Source: Promethearchaeota archaeon
GTDB taxonomy: Archaea > Asgardarchaeota > Lokiarchaeia > Sigyniarchaeales > SOKP01
Assembly: GCA_016839585.1 (NCBI GenBank)
Contig: JAEOTZ010000030.1
Coordinates: forward strand, 1 to 18,036
DNA: 18,036 nt
Direction of reading: 5' to 3'
The position numbers were made by a program, and so were the translations under genes. Shown piece after piece: positions 1 through 8,653 of the stretch (position 1 is its first letter; every line of letters begins with the position of its first letter). The notes beneath the pieces are model-generated. The model was not told the DNA's origin and made no database searches. It saw only the letters and a program-made list of their open reading frames with translations.

Positions 1-983
1 ACAGCTAGTTCAATAAAATCTTCATCTGAGAGTGCAGAATTCACACCTTCAGTGTGGATTTCAAATATTCCGGCTCTAGCTTTCAAATCTGGAAGAGGTA
101 CCTGCACTCTTTTTTCAAATCTACTTAACATTGCATTATCAATATCCCAAGGACGGTTGGTTGCTCCCAAAACAAGCAATGGTTTATCATAAGTGGATTT
201 TAAACCTTGGATTTCACTTAAAAGCTGAGTTTTGACTCTTCTTTCACCTCCGCTTTCAGATCCTTCTCCTCTTTTAGTCGCAACTGAATCTATTTCATCC
301 ATAAATATTAAACTAGGTGCTTTTAACCGGGCTACTTTGAATAAAGAACTAATTAACTTTTCACTTTCTCCTAACCATTTACTTAATAAATCAGCAGAAG
401 AAGCACTAAAAAAAGTAGCTTTACATTCAGTCGCAGCTGCTTTAGCTAACAATGTTTTACCACAACCAGGGGGACCAAATAATAATATCCCTGACCAAGG
501 TCTTCGGGCTCCAGTAAATAATTCTGGTTTCATTATTGGTAGAACAATAGCTTCTCTTAATGCTTGTTTAACATGTTCTAATCCTGCTATGTCTTTCCAA
601 TTTACATTAGGAGATTCAGTTACAATTGTACCCGAAATCATATCAATAAGTTCTTGTTCTTCTGATGAAACAGCGCCTATATCAGCGCCAGATTCATCAT
701 CCTTTGATATACCTAGCCTTTCAGCAGGTCTTGCCCTCCTAGGTCGCGTTCCACTAAGTTGTGATTTTAATATCTTGGCTCTATCAACATACTCTTCGAT
801 ATTCTTTTGACATAACATTCGCATTTGAGGATTTTTGTTATATTTCATGAATTGCATTAATATTTCGGCAGCCCTTTGATATTTATTTATTGCCTGCCGA
901 TATTTTCCTCGCCCATCTAAAGCAACTGCTTCTTTCGCCTCTCTAACTGCATATTGATAAAGCTTGCTATCAACACTAGACAT
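1..983 (-). CDS. vps4: Vps4 AAA+ ATPase with N-terminal MIT domain (3' end runs off the window)
   Basis: Manual translation from ATG at 983: MSSVDSKLYQYAVREAKEAVALDGRGKYRQAINKYQRAAEILMQFMKYNKNPQMRMLCQKNIEEYVDRAKILK (MIT three-helix bundle), a linker, PNVNWKDIAGL, FTGARRPWSGILLFGPPGCGKT (Walker A), SKWLGESEK (pore loop 1), IFMDEID (Walker B), GATNRPW (sensor 1), SRFEKR. Divergent from an ESCRT-III gene. Confidence 0.96.
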   Translation of the reverse strand, partial: MSSVDSKLYQYAVREAKEAVALDGRGKYRQAINKYQRAAEILMQFMKYNKNPQMRMLCQKNIEEYVDRAKILKSQLSGTRPRRARPAERLGISKDDESGADIGAVSSEEQELIDMISGTIVTESPNVNWKDIAGLEHVKQALREAIVLPIMKPELFTGARRPWSGILLFGPPGCGKTLLAKAAATECKATFFSASSADLLSKWLGESEKLISSLFKVARLKAPSLIFMDEIDSVATKRGEGSESGGERRVKTQLLSEIQGLKSTYDKPLLVLGATNRPWDIDNAMLSRFEKRVQVPLPDLKARAGIFEIHTEGVNSALSDEDFIELA

Positions 984-1154
984 GCCAAATTTTACCTTTT
1001 AGAACTAATTATTTATCTTATATAATTTTTAATATTTATAACTAATCTAATTTTGCGATCAGTAAGAATTATAATCCTATAAATATATTTCAAATTTACT
1101 CTTTAAACACTGGAATTAATTATTGGACTCCAAATAATTATATAATATCGTATT

Positions 1155-1164
1155 TTTATATATA
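1155..1164 (+). promoter_or_regulatory. Candidate TATA box for the ESCRT-III gene, in the divergent vps4/ESCRT-III intergenic region
   Basis: TTTATATATA lies about 30 nt upstream of ATG 1195 with no Shine-Dalgarno, consistent with a leaderless or short-leader archaeal transcript. The AT-rich background weakens the call. Confidence 0.35.
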
Positions 1165-1194
1165 ATATATAATTACTAATTAGATTTGTTAAAT

Positions 1195-1818
1195 ATGGGT
1201 TTTCTAAAAGATATCTCTAAATGGCTTTCAGGAGATAGGAAAAAAGGTGTTCGCCCGTCAACTAAATTGAAAGTTTTTAATAAAAAATTAATGCGACAGA
1301 CAAAAAAGATGGAAATGAGTGCAAAATTAGCAAGAGATAAGGCGGTAAACCTTCGAAAACAAGGGGATTTGGAAGGGTCTAAATTTCATGCGCGAAACTA
1401 TCTTCAAGTAAAAAAACAAGCTCGAGCAATTGATGCTTTTCGTACAAACATGGAAGGGTTACTGTTCAAACTAGAACAGGCAGAGGCCGTCAAAGACGTC
1501 TCACAAATCATGACTGGTATAGCACAGTCAATAACAGCCCTTAAGAAAGAGCTCTCTATTCCACAAATTACAGAAATGATGAAGCAAATCGATCTTGACG
1601 TGGAAGATTTTGCTGTCACGCAAGAAATTACTGCAGATGGCATAGATTCCATTACGTTGGATACAGCAGTCTCAGATTCAGATGTAACCGAAGTTTTAGG
1701 TGAAATAGATGCTGAAATTCAAGTGGAAATGGGCGTGGCACTCCCAAGTGCAGGAGCTGACGATCAGAAAATAGCAGAATTAGAAAAAGAACTAAATCGA
1801 CTCAAATCAGATGAGTAA
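1195..1818 (+). CDS. ESCRT-III subunit (Snf7 family), Vps2/24/46 (CHMP1-3-like) class
   Basis: Amphipathic N-terminal MGFLKDISKWLSG, basic helical hairpin (LRKQGDLEGSKFHARNYLQVKKQ), acidic C-terminal half, LPSA, and a terminal MIM1-like helix ELEKELNRLK. Adjacent to vps4. ATG 1195 preferred over TTG 1186. Confidence 0.92.
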   Translation: MGFLKDISKWLSGDRKKGVRPSTKLKVFNKKLMRQTKKMEMSAKLARDKAVNLRKQGDLEGSKFHARNYLQVKKQARAIDAFRTNMEGLLFKLEQAEAVKDVSQIMTGIAQSITALKKELSIPQITEMMKQIDLDVEDFAVTQEITADGIDSITLDTAVSDSDVTEVLGEIDAEIQVEMGVALPSAGADDQKIAELEKELNRLKSDE

Positions 1819-1931
1819 ATTAAAAAGTTATTAAATTTTTTTAATTCGATTTTCTAAGCAAAATTATTAAAAGCCTCTCTTCTATTTTAAAATTATTCTT
1901 TTAATCAAAATTTAATTTTTATGTGAAAAAG

Positions 1932-2942
1932 ATGACTTTTTTAGATTTAATTTCAATTGGCAGTTGTACACTTGATTGTATTATTCAAATTAAGGATATT
2001 TTACGTTTTGAACTTTTTGATAAAGATGTAGTGAAAAAATATACAGCAATTGAATACAGTAGAAAATTGAACATTGAGGGTGTACGTTTTGTTCCTGGAG
2101 GGTCTGCTGCAAATATTGCAGCAAATTGCGCAATGCTAGGATTAAAAAGCACTTATATTGGTATTATTGGTAATGACTTTTCCGCTAATATTTGTTTAGA
2201 TGATCTAGGTAAACGTGGTGTTGATTTATCTAACATGATTCAAACAGATGAGGATAATACTGCGTTATCAGTAATTTTAAGAACAGAGTGGGGGAAAGAC
2301 CGGAGTATACTTGCTTATAAAGGTGCTAATAATCTACTAAATCCCTCTGATGTAAAAGAAGAGTTATTTGAAAATATAAAAGCGTTTGCTTGGACTTCTT
2401 TAACCTCTGAGAATGGTTGTCAGGCAATTGAAAAAGCAATTACTTTAACTAAAGATAATAATGCTAAGATTTATGCTGCTCCCTCAATGTCAATTATTAA
2501 AATTAACCCAAAATGGGCAGAAATATTAATATCTAATTCAGACATAGTATCTTTGAATAAGGAAGAAGCAAAAGAGTTCACTGGTGAACAAGACACACTA
2601 CATATGATTCATCATTTCTTAGATTTAGGACTTGATTTGATTTCAATTACAGATGGACCCAATGGTTCTATAATTTCTGATGGGAAACAAATCATAAACA
2701 GTAGTGTCTACCAAGGTGATGTAGAAGATACAACGGGAGCAGGAGATGCATTCTTAGCAGGGATTTTGATTTCAAATTTAAACAATTTTGATTTAGAAAA
2801 AACTTCGAAAATGGCAACGGCTATGTCCTTTTTAGAGTGTAAAGAAATAGGTGTCCGTGAAGGATTACCTAACAGTCTTCAAGAATTAGAACATTTTATC
2901 AATAATAATGTTATCAAACAAGTAATATCAAAAATTGTTTAG
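1932..2942 (+). CDS. PfkB/ribokinase-family carbohydrate or nucleoside kinase
   Basis: PGGSAAN, GIIGND, NKEEA, ITDGPNG and DTTGAGDAF signatures. Start is ATG 1932 or GTG 1923. Confidence 0.92.
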   Translation: MTFLDLISIGSCTLDCIIQIKDILRFELFDKDVVKKYTAIEYSRKLNIEGVRFVPGGSAANIAANCAMLGLKSTYIGIIGNDFSANICLDDLGKRGVDLSNMIQTDEDNTALSVILRTEWGKDRSILAYKGANNLLNPSDVKEELFENIKAFAWTSLTSENGCQAIEKAITLTKDNNAKIYAAPSMSIIKINPKWAEILISNSDIVSLNKEEAKEFTGEQDTLHMIHHFLDLGLDLISITDGPNGSIISDGKQIINSSVYQGDVEDTTGAGDAFLAGILISNLNNFDLEKTSKMATAMSFLECKEIGVREGLPNSLQELEHFINNNVIKQVISKIV

Positions 2943-3008
2943 ACTATAAAAGTTCCATAGAATCATTAAATTTTAATTTTTTAAACCATTTTTTATATCA
3001 TACTTTAA

Positions 3009-3080
3009 GCGCTCTTAGTATAGTGGTAAGTATGCCAGGTTGCCAACCTGGCGACCCGGGTTCAATTCCCGGAGGGCGCA
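3009..3080 (+). tRNA. tRNA-Gly (GCC), no intron, CCA not encoded
   Basis: Acceptor stem GCGCTCT/AGGGCGC plus discriminator A; anticodon arm CCAGG-TTGCCAA-CCTGG; T-arm CCGGG-TTCAATT-CCCGG. Confidence 0.97.
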
Positions 3081-3206
3081 TATTAAGAATTCAGCTTTGT
3101 TAAATACAATCCTTCTTAAAAAAAGCATATACTTTTAGATAAAAATATATTTATTTAAAACATTTTATTTTAAAAAATTGGAGTATATAATTTTAGAGTG
3201 AATTAG

Positions 3207-3509
3207 ATGTTTGATCTCAATTATAATATCGATATTGAAATTTTTGAAAGTGATGGTTGCCAACATCATAGAGCTGGTGAAAAATTTAATTATCCTGAAG
3301 ATAAGGGTAAAATATGCCATTGGTTATTAGATAGTATGACTTGTATGATTCGAGTTCTTCAATATGGGGGTACACTTCCCTGGACATATAGTGATACTTC
3401 ATATGAAAAGAAAATTGATCCAAATGGAATTACAACTGAATTTGTGCGATGTCCAGACCCCACTTCTACTGTAATTGCTAAAATTACAAGAATCCCAAAT
3501 TCAACTTGA
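3207..3509 (+). CDS. TIGR04076-like small Cys-motif protein
   Basis: Pattern C-x4-G-x-K-F, then C-x-W, then RCPDP...V-x-x-KITR, matching the family as recalled. Confidence 0.7.
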   Translation: MFDLNYNIDIEIFESDGCQHHRAGEKFNYPEDKGKICHWLLDSMTCMIRVLQYGGTLPWTYSDTSYEKKIDPNGITTEFVRCPDPTSTVIAKITRIPNST

Positions 3510-3667
3510 TAATACTATATTATCCTCGCAATATCAGAATAATACCAAGGAATATAGAAAAAAAGTGAAATCCACCTTTCACGATCGATTAATTAACTGT
3601 AGTTAAAAAAGAGATTTACTTCAAGACTCCTTTTTGTTAAATACGAGTATTAAAATATATATTTATT

Positions 3668-4126
3668 ATGGAAGATGAAAATATTAAAATTCTCAAAGAC
3701 GTTAGTTCAGGAAAAGATAAAAGGAAAAAACTTAAACAATGTACTAAATGTAAAAGAACTTTTCCCATTACGTCTAAATTTTTCAATAGAAATAGAACTA
3801 AGAAAGATGGTCTTGATTTTTGGTGTAAAGAGTGTAAACAAAAATATGATAAATTTCGTTATCAATATAAAAGATACAACATAACAAAAGAGGATTATGA
3901 GAAAATGATGGAAGGACAGAACGGTAAATGTCTAATATGTGGAAGAAATTTTGACAAAATATATTTTCCACAAAACACACATATTGATCACGATCATAGG
4001 ACAGGAAAAGTTAGAGGTCTTCTATGTAATAACTGCAACGTAATATTAGGGAATGCTTTTGATAATCTTCTCATTTTAATTAAAGCAATTAAATATTTAG
4101 AAGAGAATAAGAAAAAAAAGAAATAA
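3668..4126 (+). CDS. Endonuclease VII-family (His-Me finger) nuclease with an N-terminal Zn finger; phage-like
   Basis: QNGKCLIC...HIDHDHRTGKVRGLLCNNCN matches the T4 endonuclease VII core. N-terminal CTKC...DGL...CKEC. Confidence 0.9.
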   Translation: MEDENIKILKDVSSGKDKRKKLKQCTKCKRTFPITSKFFNRNRTKKDGLDFWCKECKQKYDKFRYQYKRYNITKEDYEKMMEGQNGKCLICGRNFDKIYFPQNTHIDHDHRTGKVRGLLCNNCNVILGNAFDNLLILIKAIKYLEENKKKKK

Positions 4127-4244
4127 AAAATCCACAGTCTGTTTCAAGAATATTATTCTGTTAAGTAAAAATAAAAAAAGAATTTAGATTTTTGAAAACA
4201 ATACCGATCTGTTGATCTTAGATTATGGGTTGAAGCCTAGAAAT

Positions 4245-4703
4245 TTATTTAAGCAAGAACATTATTTGAGTTTTTAACTCTTCGGGTGGAGTTTGTGATG
4301 GATCATCTAAATAAATCTCATAACCAATTCCAGTTGCTTCATATCCATTATCTTCAATCCATTGAGAAAGCTCATTATAAGCAGGTTCAATCTCACTATA
4401 TGGTCCAGTGTATAAACATGTAGCAAACTTTCCAGATGGAATCTCACTTATTTTTATATCTTCTTTGTCAGGTAATTTTTTTAAAACGGGAAATCCAATT
4501 TCAACGTCCAAATTTTGCATATCTGTATTATAATACGCAGCAAAAGGGGGTCCTGCAGGCTGTTCTCCTAATCCCCCGAGATATTGAGCAATTTCTCCAT
4601 AAATTTTTCCCATAACTTGAGGTAAATCCTGAACGGATGTTCTTGTTCGAATTGATAAAACATGTTGAGCTTTTCGTTCTTCAATTTTACAATTAAAAGT
4701 CAT
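4245..4703 (-). CDS. GyrI-like small-molecule binding domain protein (standalone effector-binding domain)
   Basis: PAGPPFAAYY, DVEIGFPV, IPSGKFATCLYTGPY, AYNELSQWI, YEIYLDDP. Shine-Dalgarno AAGGAG upstream. Confidence 0.9.
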   Translation of the reverse strand: MTFNCKIEERKAQHVLSIRTRTSVQDLPQVMGKIYGEIAQYLGGLGEQPAGPPFAAYYNTDMQNLDVEIGFPVLKKLPDKEDIKISEIPSGKFATCLYTGPYSEIEPAYNELSQWIEDNGYEATGIGYEIYLDDPSQTPPEELKTQIMFLLK

Positions 4704-4865
4704 TAATTCTCTCCTTATTTTTTTTGAACTTATTTGTGATTTAAATAATTATAAAATCTAATTATGTGTTTTGGAGTAAAAATATTTTAATTTCAAAAAT
4801 CTTATTTAATTATTTAAAATCAGCACTGTAAAGGATTTATGGTGTTATTAAAAAAGTAAGATTAT

Positions 4866-5714
4866 TCATAAAAAACCTAGGAGATCAGAAACCCCATCTA
4901 TAGGAGGAACATCAACTTTAAAGTAATTTTTAACAATCTGTACTAAGAATTTTAGATATGGGATTTTTATATTTTCCTGATGAACTTTTGATATTTCATC
5001 AATAAGAATCTTAGATGTACCTACTTTATCTTTACGTCTTTCGATGAGGTCCACAATAGTTTTAGAATATTCATATGCTTTATGAATTTCATTTCTTAGC
5101 ATAATTAAACTAGTCATTAAATCATATTCTGATAAGAATTTTTCAGCAATAGTCTTTTCTACTTCTAATTTCTTCGGATCTATAGTTTTATCTTTATCTT
5201 GTATTATATCCCTTCCTTGAAGAATTATAAAATCTTTATAACTCTTTTTATTAGCTTTGGAATTCTCGCTTGAAATGATTGTAATATCAATTTCAAATGA
5301 ATTCCGCATTATATATTTGAAGAAATTAATGATGTGATTATAAAGAAACCCTAGATCAGAAATTATTATTATTTTTTTGCCAAAAAAAGTTGTTCTAATA
5401 ACATGAGCAATTAACAAAGCAGGTATATTAATTCTAATTAAATCAAAATCAATTGATTCAGTTTCAGGTACAATTCTATTTTCCACTAAAGTCGGCGATG
5501 AATTAGCAGGTAATTGAAGCTGAAAATCTGCCATGAAATAATCCCGTATTTGCATATTTCTATCTATATAAGCAATAAATGAATGTTCACAGATCATATC
5601 CACAGCTATATTGACTGCTAATACTCCTCTTGAAATATTTTTTATTGCATCCTCAGAAATTTCTATTTTTCCCCTTGCTGAGCAAGAAGGGCATCGAATT
5701 TCAAGTTTCGCCAT
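4866..5714 (-). CDS. Hypothetical protein: N-terminal Zn-ribbon (CPSC...CEH) plus possible DENN-like core
   Basis: CPSC-x30-CEHSF..ID.N..IR N-domain of a type I recall as expanded in Lokiarchaeia. The central segment IAHVIRTTFFGKKIIIISD...LYNHIINFF resembles the cDENN motif. Confidence 0.55.
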   Translation of the reverse strand: MAKLEIRCPSCSARGKIEISEDAIKNISRGVLAVNIAVDMICEHSFIAYIDRNMQIRDYFMADFQLQLPANSSPTLVENRIVPETESIDFDLIRINIPALLIAHVIRTTFFGKKIIIISDLGFLYNHIINFFKYIMRNSFEIDITIISSENSKANKKSYKDFIILQGRDIIQDKDKTIDPKKLEVEKTIAEKFLSEYDLMTSLIMLRNEIHKAYEYSKTIVDLIERRKDKVGTSKILIDEISKVHQENIKIPYLKFLVQIVKNYFKVDVPPIDGVSDLLGFL

Positions 5715-5863
5715 ATTATTCCAAAATTAAGAATTTCTTAAGGTTTTTTTCTAGTTCAAAATTTATAGTATTAATTAATCATCTAATTTATATATTAAAT
5801 GTTATGATATTAATATTTAAATTTGCCATCTATATTTTCCATTAGCTTAATGCAATTAATTCT

Positions 5864-6343
5864 TTAATATTTTTGAACTCTAGCGTACTTCTTTTCTATA
5901 AGATTAGCAATAAGTAAACAAATTACAGCGCTCAAATTTTCAGCTGTTAAGAATGATAGAGCATTATTTAAAAATAAAACACAGATATAGTATGAACTGA
6001 AAAATGTGGCAAGAAAAATAATGCAAGTTATTAATAATGGTTTAGTTATTGGAAAATCTAAGAACATCCTCAATTTTGAACGTTTACCCCTTGATTTCTT
6101 AAATTGGCTTTTTAATTTCTCCCTTCTCTCCACTTGAGCATAACTTTCGAAAATTATTATTGCTGAAAAAAATAATGCGACTGTGATTCCTATAGGAATT
6201 AATATAACTACAAAATAATTGCCAATAGCTAAAAGATATTGAGCTATAAATATAAAAAATAATTGGAACATTCCGCACATCCCTAATAGAAGTAGAGCAA
6301 TTCCAAAAAATTCCTTTGATAACCAACGAATTCTTAGTGGCAT
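5864..6343 (-). CDS. Hypothetical membrane protein (about 4 TM helices, basic loop)
   Basis: Two pairs of hydrophobic segments separated by the K/R-rich loop ERREKLKSQFKKSRGKRSKLR. Starts 40 nt downstream of tRNA-Val. Confidence 0.7.
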   Translation of the reverse strand: MPLRIRWLSKEFFGIALLLLGMCGMFQLFFIFIAQYLLAIGNYFVVILIPIGITVALFFSAIIIFESYAQVERREKLKSQFKKSRGKRSKLRMFLDFPITKPLLITCIIFLATFFSSYYICVLFLNNALSFLTAENLSAVICLLIANLIEKKYARVQKY

Positions 6344-6382
6344 TCTAGTTTAACTTTTTTTTGTTTTAGTGGGCCATTTTGA

Positions 6383-6456
6383 TGGGCTAAGGGAGAGTTG
6401 AACTCCCGACCTTCCGCACGTCAAGCGGACGTCATACCAGGCTAGACCATTAGCCC
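6383..6456 (-). tRNA. tRNA-Val (GAC), no intron, CCA not encoded
   Basis: Reverse complement GGGCTAA...TTAGCCC-A; anticodon arm TCCGC-TTGACGT-GCGGA; T-arm GGGAG-TTCAACT-CTCCC. Confidence 0.96.
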
Positions 6457-6527
6457 AAAATCGGCATTAAGACTTTAAACACATAAAACTTTTATATAAT
6501 TAAAATTTTGCTTTTTAAAATGATATA

Positions 6528-7214
6528 TTACCTATAAGCCATTTCATCTTGACAATAGAAATGTAAAAATTCATCAACTTCCCTTTGAGAATCCCCAAAA
6601 AATTCTAATGAATAGCCTCTCCTTGTCTTGCATTTTTCTACTCTAAATCCAAGACCTCTTGCTAAAAATTCTAGATACTCTGCTCTCTGTTTCGCAATAT
6701 TTACCTTTCCTTTAACTTTAAGATTGGCAAAAAAGTTTCCTTTCGAAATTTTTACAATACATGCTATGGGACATGTTCTAATTACTCCATCAAATGTTTT
6801 ATATTTAACTTTACCTGAAAATGGAGCATTGCCATATTTTGCTTTATCATTATTATATTGAGTAAGAGCATCTCGATTAGGTCCTTCTATAAAAATAACA
6901 TCTTCCAAAACTTTAGAGCAGTAGACAATATCACCAGACATTATTTCTCCCTTTTCGAATAATCTAACAGTCTTATCAATTTGATCATGGATTTTTTTTG
7001 TCATAGGATCATAAGGTTCGGAGATCAAATTCCTATTATGGATACATATAAGGCTAGAGAGTTTCTTAATTTTAACTTCATCTCTGGCGCATGTTAAATT
7101 AAAATATGTTTGTAAAAAGTTACAATAATCAACACCATCTATTAAAACTCGACAAGGACATGAATCTACAGTAAAATCAGTACAAAACTCCAAATCTTTA
7201 GAAGAATTACCCAT
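6528..7214 (-). CDS. Hypothetical protein: Cys-rich N-terminus and a C-terminal alpha/beta domain of uncertain family
   Basis: Long open frame between pgk and tRNA-Val on the same strand. Six Cys in the first ~60 aa. ATG 7214 preferred over TTG 7220. Confidence 0.7.
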   Translation of the reverse strand: MGNSSKDLEFCTDFTVDSCPCRVLIDGVDYCNFLQTYFNLTCARDEVKIKKLSSLICIHNRNLISEPYDPMTKKIHDQIDKTVRLFEKGEIMSGDIVYCSKVLEDVIFIEGPNRDALTQYNNDKAKYGNAPFSGKVKYKTFDGVIRTCPIACIVKISKGNFFANLKVKGKVNIAKQRAEYLEFLARGLGFRVEKCKTRRGYSLEFFGDSQREVDEFLHFYCQDEMAYR

Positions 7215-7313
7215 ATGCAATAACTTTTACGATATTAGTTCTATTTACTTAATTTGAATTTTTTTTTTATATCAATTCCCAAAAATTCAATATTAAAAAA
7301 AAATAAAAAAGAT

Positions 7314-8534
7314 TTAAGGTTTCTTTTCCCTTAATGCTCTAATCATTGGTAGATCCTTTCCAGAAAGAATTTCTAACATTGCACCGCCAGCAGTAGAAAT
7401 GAAGGAAACTTGATCTGATAATCCTGCCATTGAAGCAGCAGCCCCCATTTCGCCTCCTCCAATTATTGTAAGTGCATCATTTTCCTTTGTAGCTTTAACC
7501 ATTGCTTCGATCATCTCATTTGTAGACTCTCTGAATACTTCTTTTTCAAATATTCCTGGAGGACCGTTAGCAATTATAGTTTTGCTTTTCATTATGAACT
7601 CCTTGAATTTCTCAACAGTTTTAGGACCAATATCTCCAGTTGTTGTATTATAAGTTGCTGCCTCATCAATAGTAATAGTTTTTCTATTACCGTTATCATC
7701 AATAACTAAATCTTCTGGAAGAATAATTTTATCCTTGTATCTTTCATAGGTTTCCCTAATCATATCCTTATTAACTTCTAAATCCTTAGCTATAATTTTG
7801 CGATTGGGTTCCCCCATGTTTTTACCTAGTGATTCAAAGATCAAAATAGCAGTTAATCCAGAACATAAAGCATAATCTAATTTTTCATTATCGAAATTGA
7901 ATTTCATTGCCTTGAATTTATCTATTGCTTTTGCTCCACCAATAAGCATAACCATTGGTTTATCAGGATCTTCTATAATTTTTTTCAATACAGATAATTC
8001 TTTTTCTGTTATAGGGCCTGCTATCATTTTGGGCCAACCTATTATAGACACATGTGCTCGATGTGCTGCTCCAAAAGCATCTACTATGACATAATCTACT
8101 AAAGGATAAAGAGTTTTAACCATTTCTGTATTCTCTGCTACAGAGAAATCATCATAGCCTTTCATTTCAGGCTCCCATTTTCTAACATTATTGAGAACTA
8201 ATACTTCACCAGGTTTGAGCTTTTTTATGGCTTTGACAGCATCCATACCAAAAAGATCTTTGACAAATTTCACTTCTCGCCCTAATTGCTTTTCTAATTC
8301 TTTTGCATGAATGTCTAAATCCGTAAAATCCTCCATACCAGGTCGAGATTGATGAGCCATTATAATAACAGCGCTTTCTTTAAGTTCTTCTAAAGCTGGG
8401 ACGAGAGCTGCTATTCGAGGTGATTCTCGGATTTTATAGTTTTCTACATCAATATTAGAATTGATATCAACGCGCATTAATACTTTTTTACCTTTTAAAT
8501 CTACATCCTTGTAAGATGTATAATCTATCTTCAT
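7314..8534 (-). CDS. pgk: Phosphoglycerate kinase (archaeal type)
   Basis: LKGKKVLMRVDIN, AHQSRP, DAFGAAHR, GGAK, DIGPKT, NGPPGIFE, IIGGG, ISTAGGA. Confidence 0.97.
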   Translation of the reverse strand: MKIDYTSYKDVDLKGKKVLMRVDINSNIDVENYKIRESPRIAALVPALEELKESAVIIMAHQSRPGMEDFTDLDIHAKELEKQLGREVKFVKDLFGMDAVKAIKKLKPGEVLVLNNVRKWEPEMKGYDDFSVAENTEMVKTLYPLVDYVIVDAFGAAHRAHVSIIGWPKMIAGPITEKELSVLKKIIEDPDKPMVMLIGGAKAIDKFKAMKFNFDNEKLDYALCSGLTAILIFESLGKNMGEPNRKIIAKDLEVNKDMIRETYERYKDKIILPEDLVIDDNGNRKTITIDEAATYNTTTGDIGPKTVEKFKEFIMKSKTIIANGPPGIFEKEVFRESTNEMIEAMVKATKENDALTIIGGGEMGAAASMAGLSDQVSFISTAGGAMLEILSGKDLPMIRALREKKP

Positions 8535-8653
8535 TTATATCTTCACTTTAATCTATGATTATATATTGATAGAATAATACATTATAATTATTTTGAATTG
8601 TTATTATCTTTTTTTATAATTCAAAAAACAAATCCAAAATATAACACTTTAAT

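Noticed and set aside
232-810. 192-aa plus-strand ORF
   Set aside because: Antisense shadow of vps4, which has all the AAA motifs on the minus strand.
1404-1652. 82-aa minus-strand ORF
   Set aside because: Antisense shadow of the ESCRT-III gene.
3675-3980. Short ORFs 3675-3884 (+) and 3798-3980 (-)
   Set aside because: They overlap the endonuclease VII gene and have no recognisable motifs.
5630-6861. Short ORFs 5630-5845, 6099-6326 and 6628-6861
   Set aside because: Alternate-frame or antisense overlaps of longer, better-supported genes.
7272-7280. TCAATTCCC matching the tRNA-Gly T-arm as a possible att site
   Set aside because: Only 9 bp, no integrase, and the interval would include a tRNA and likely core genes.
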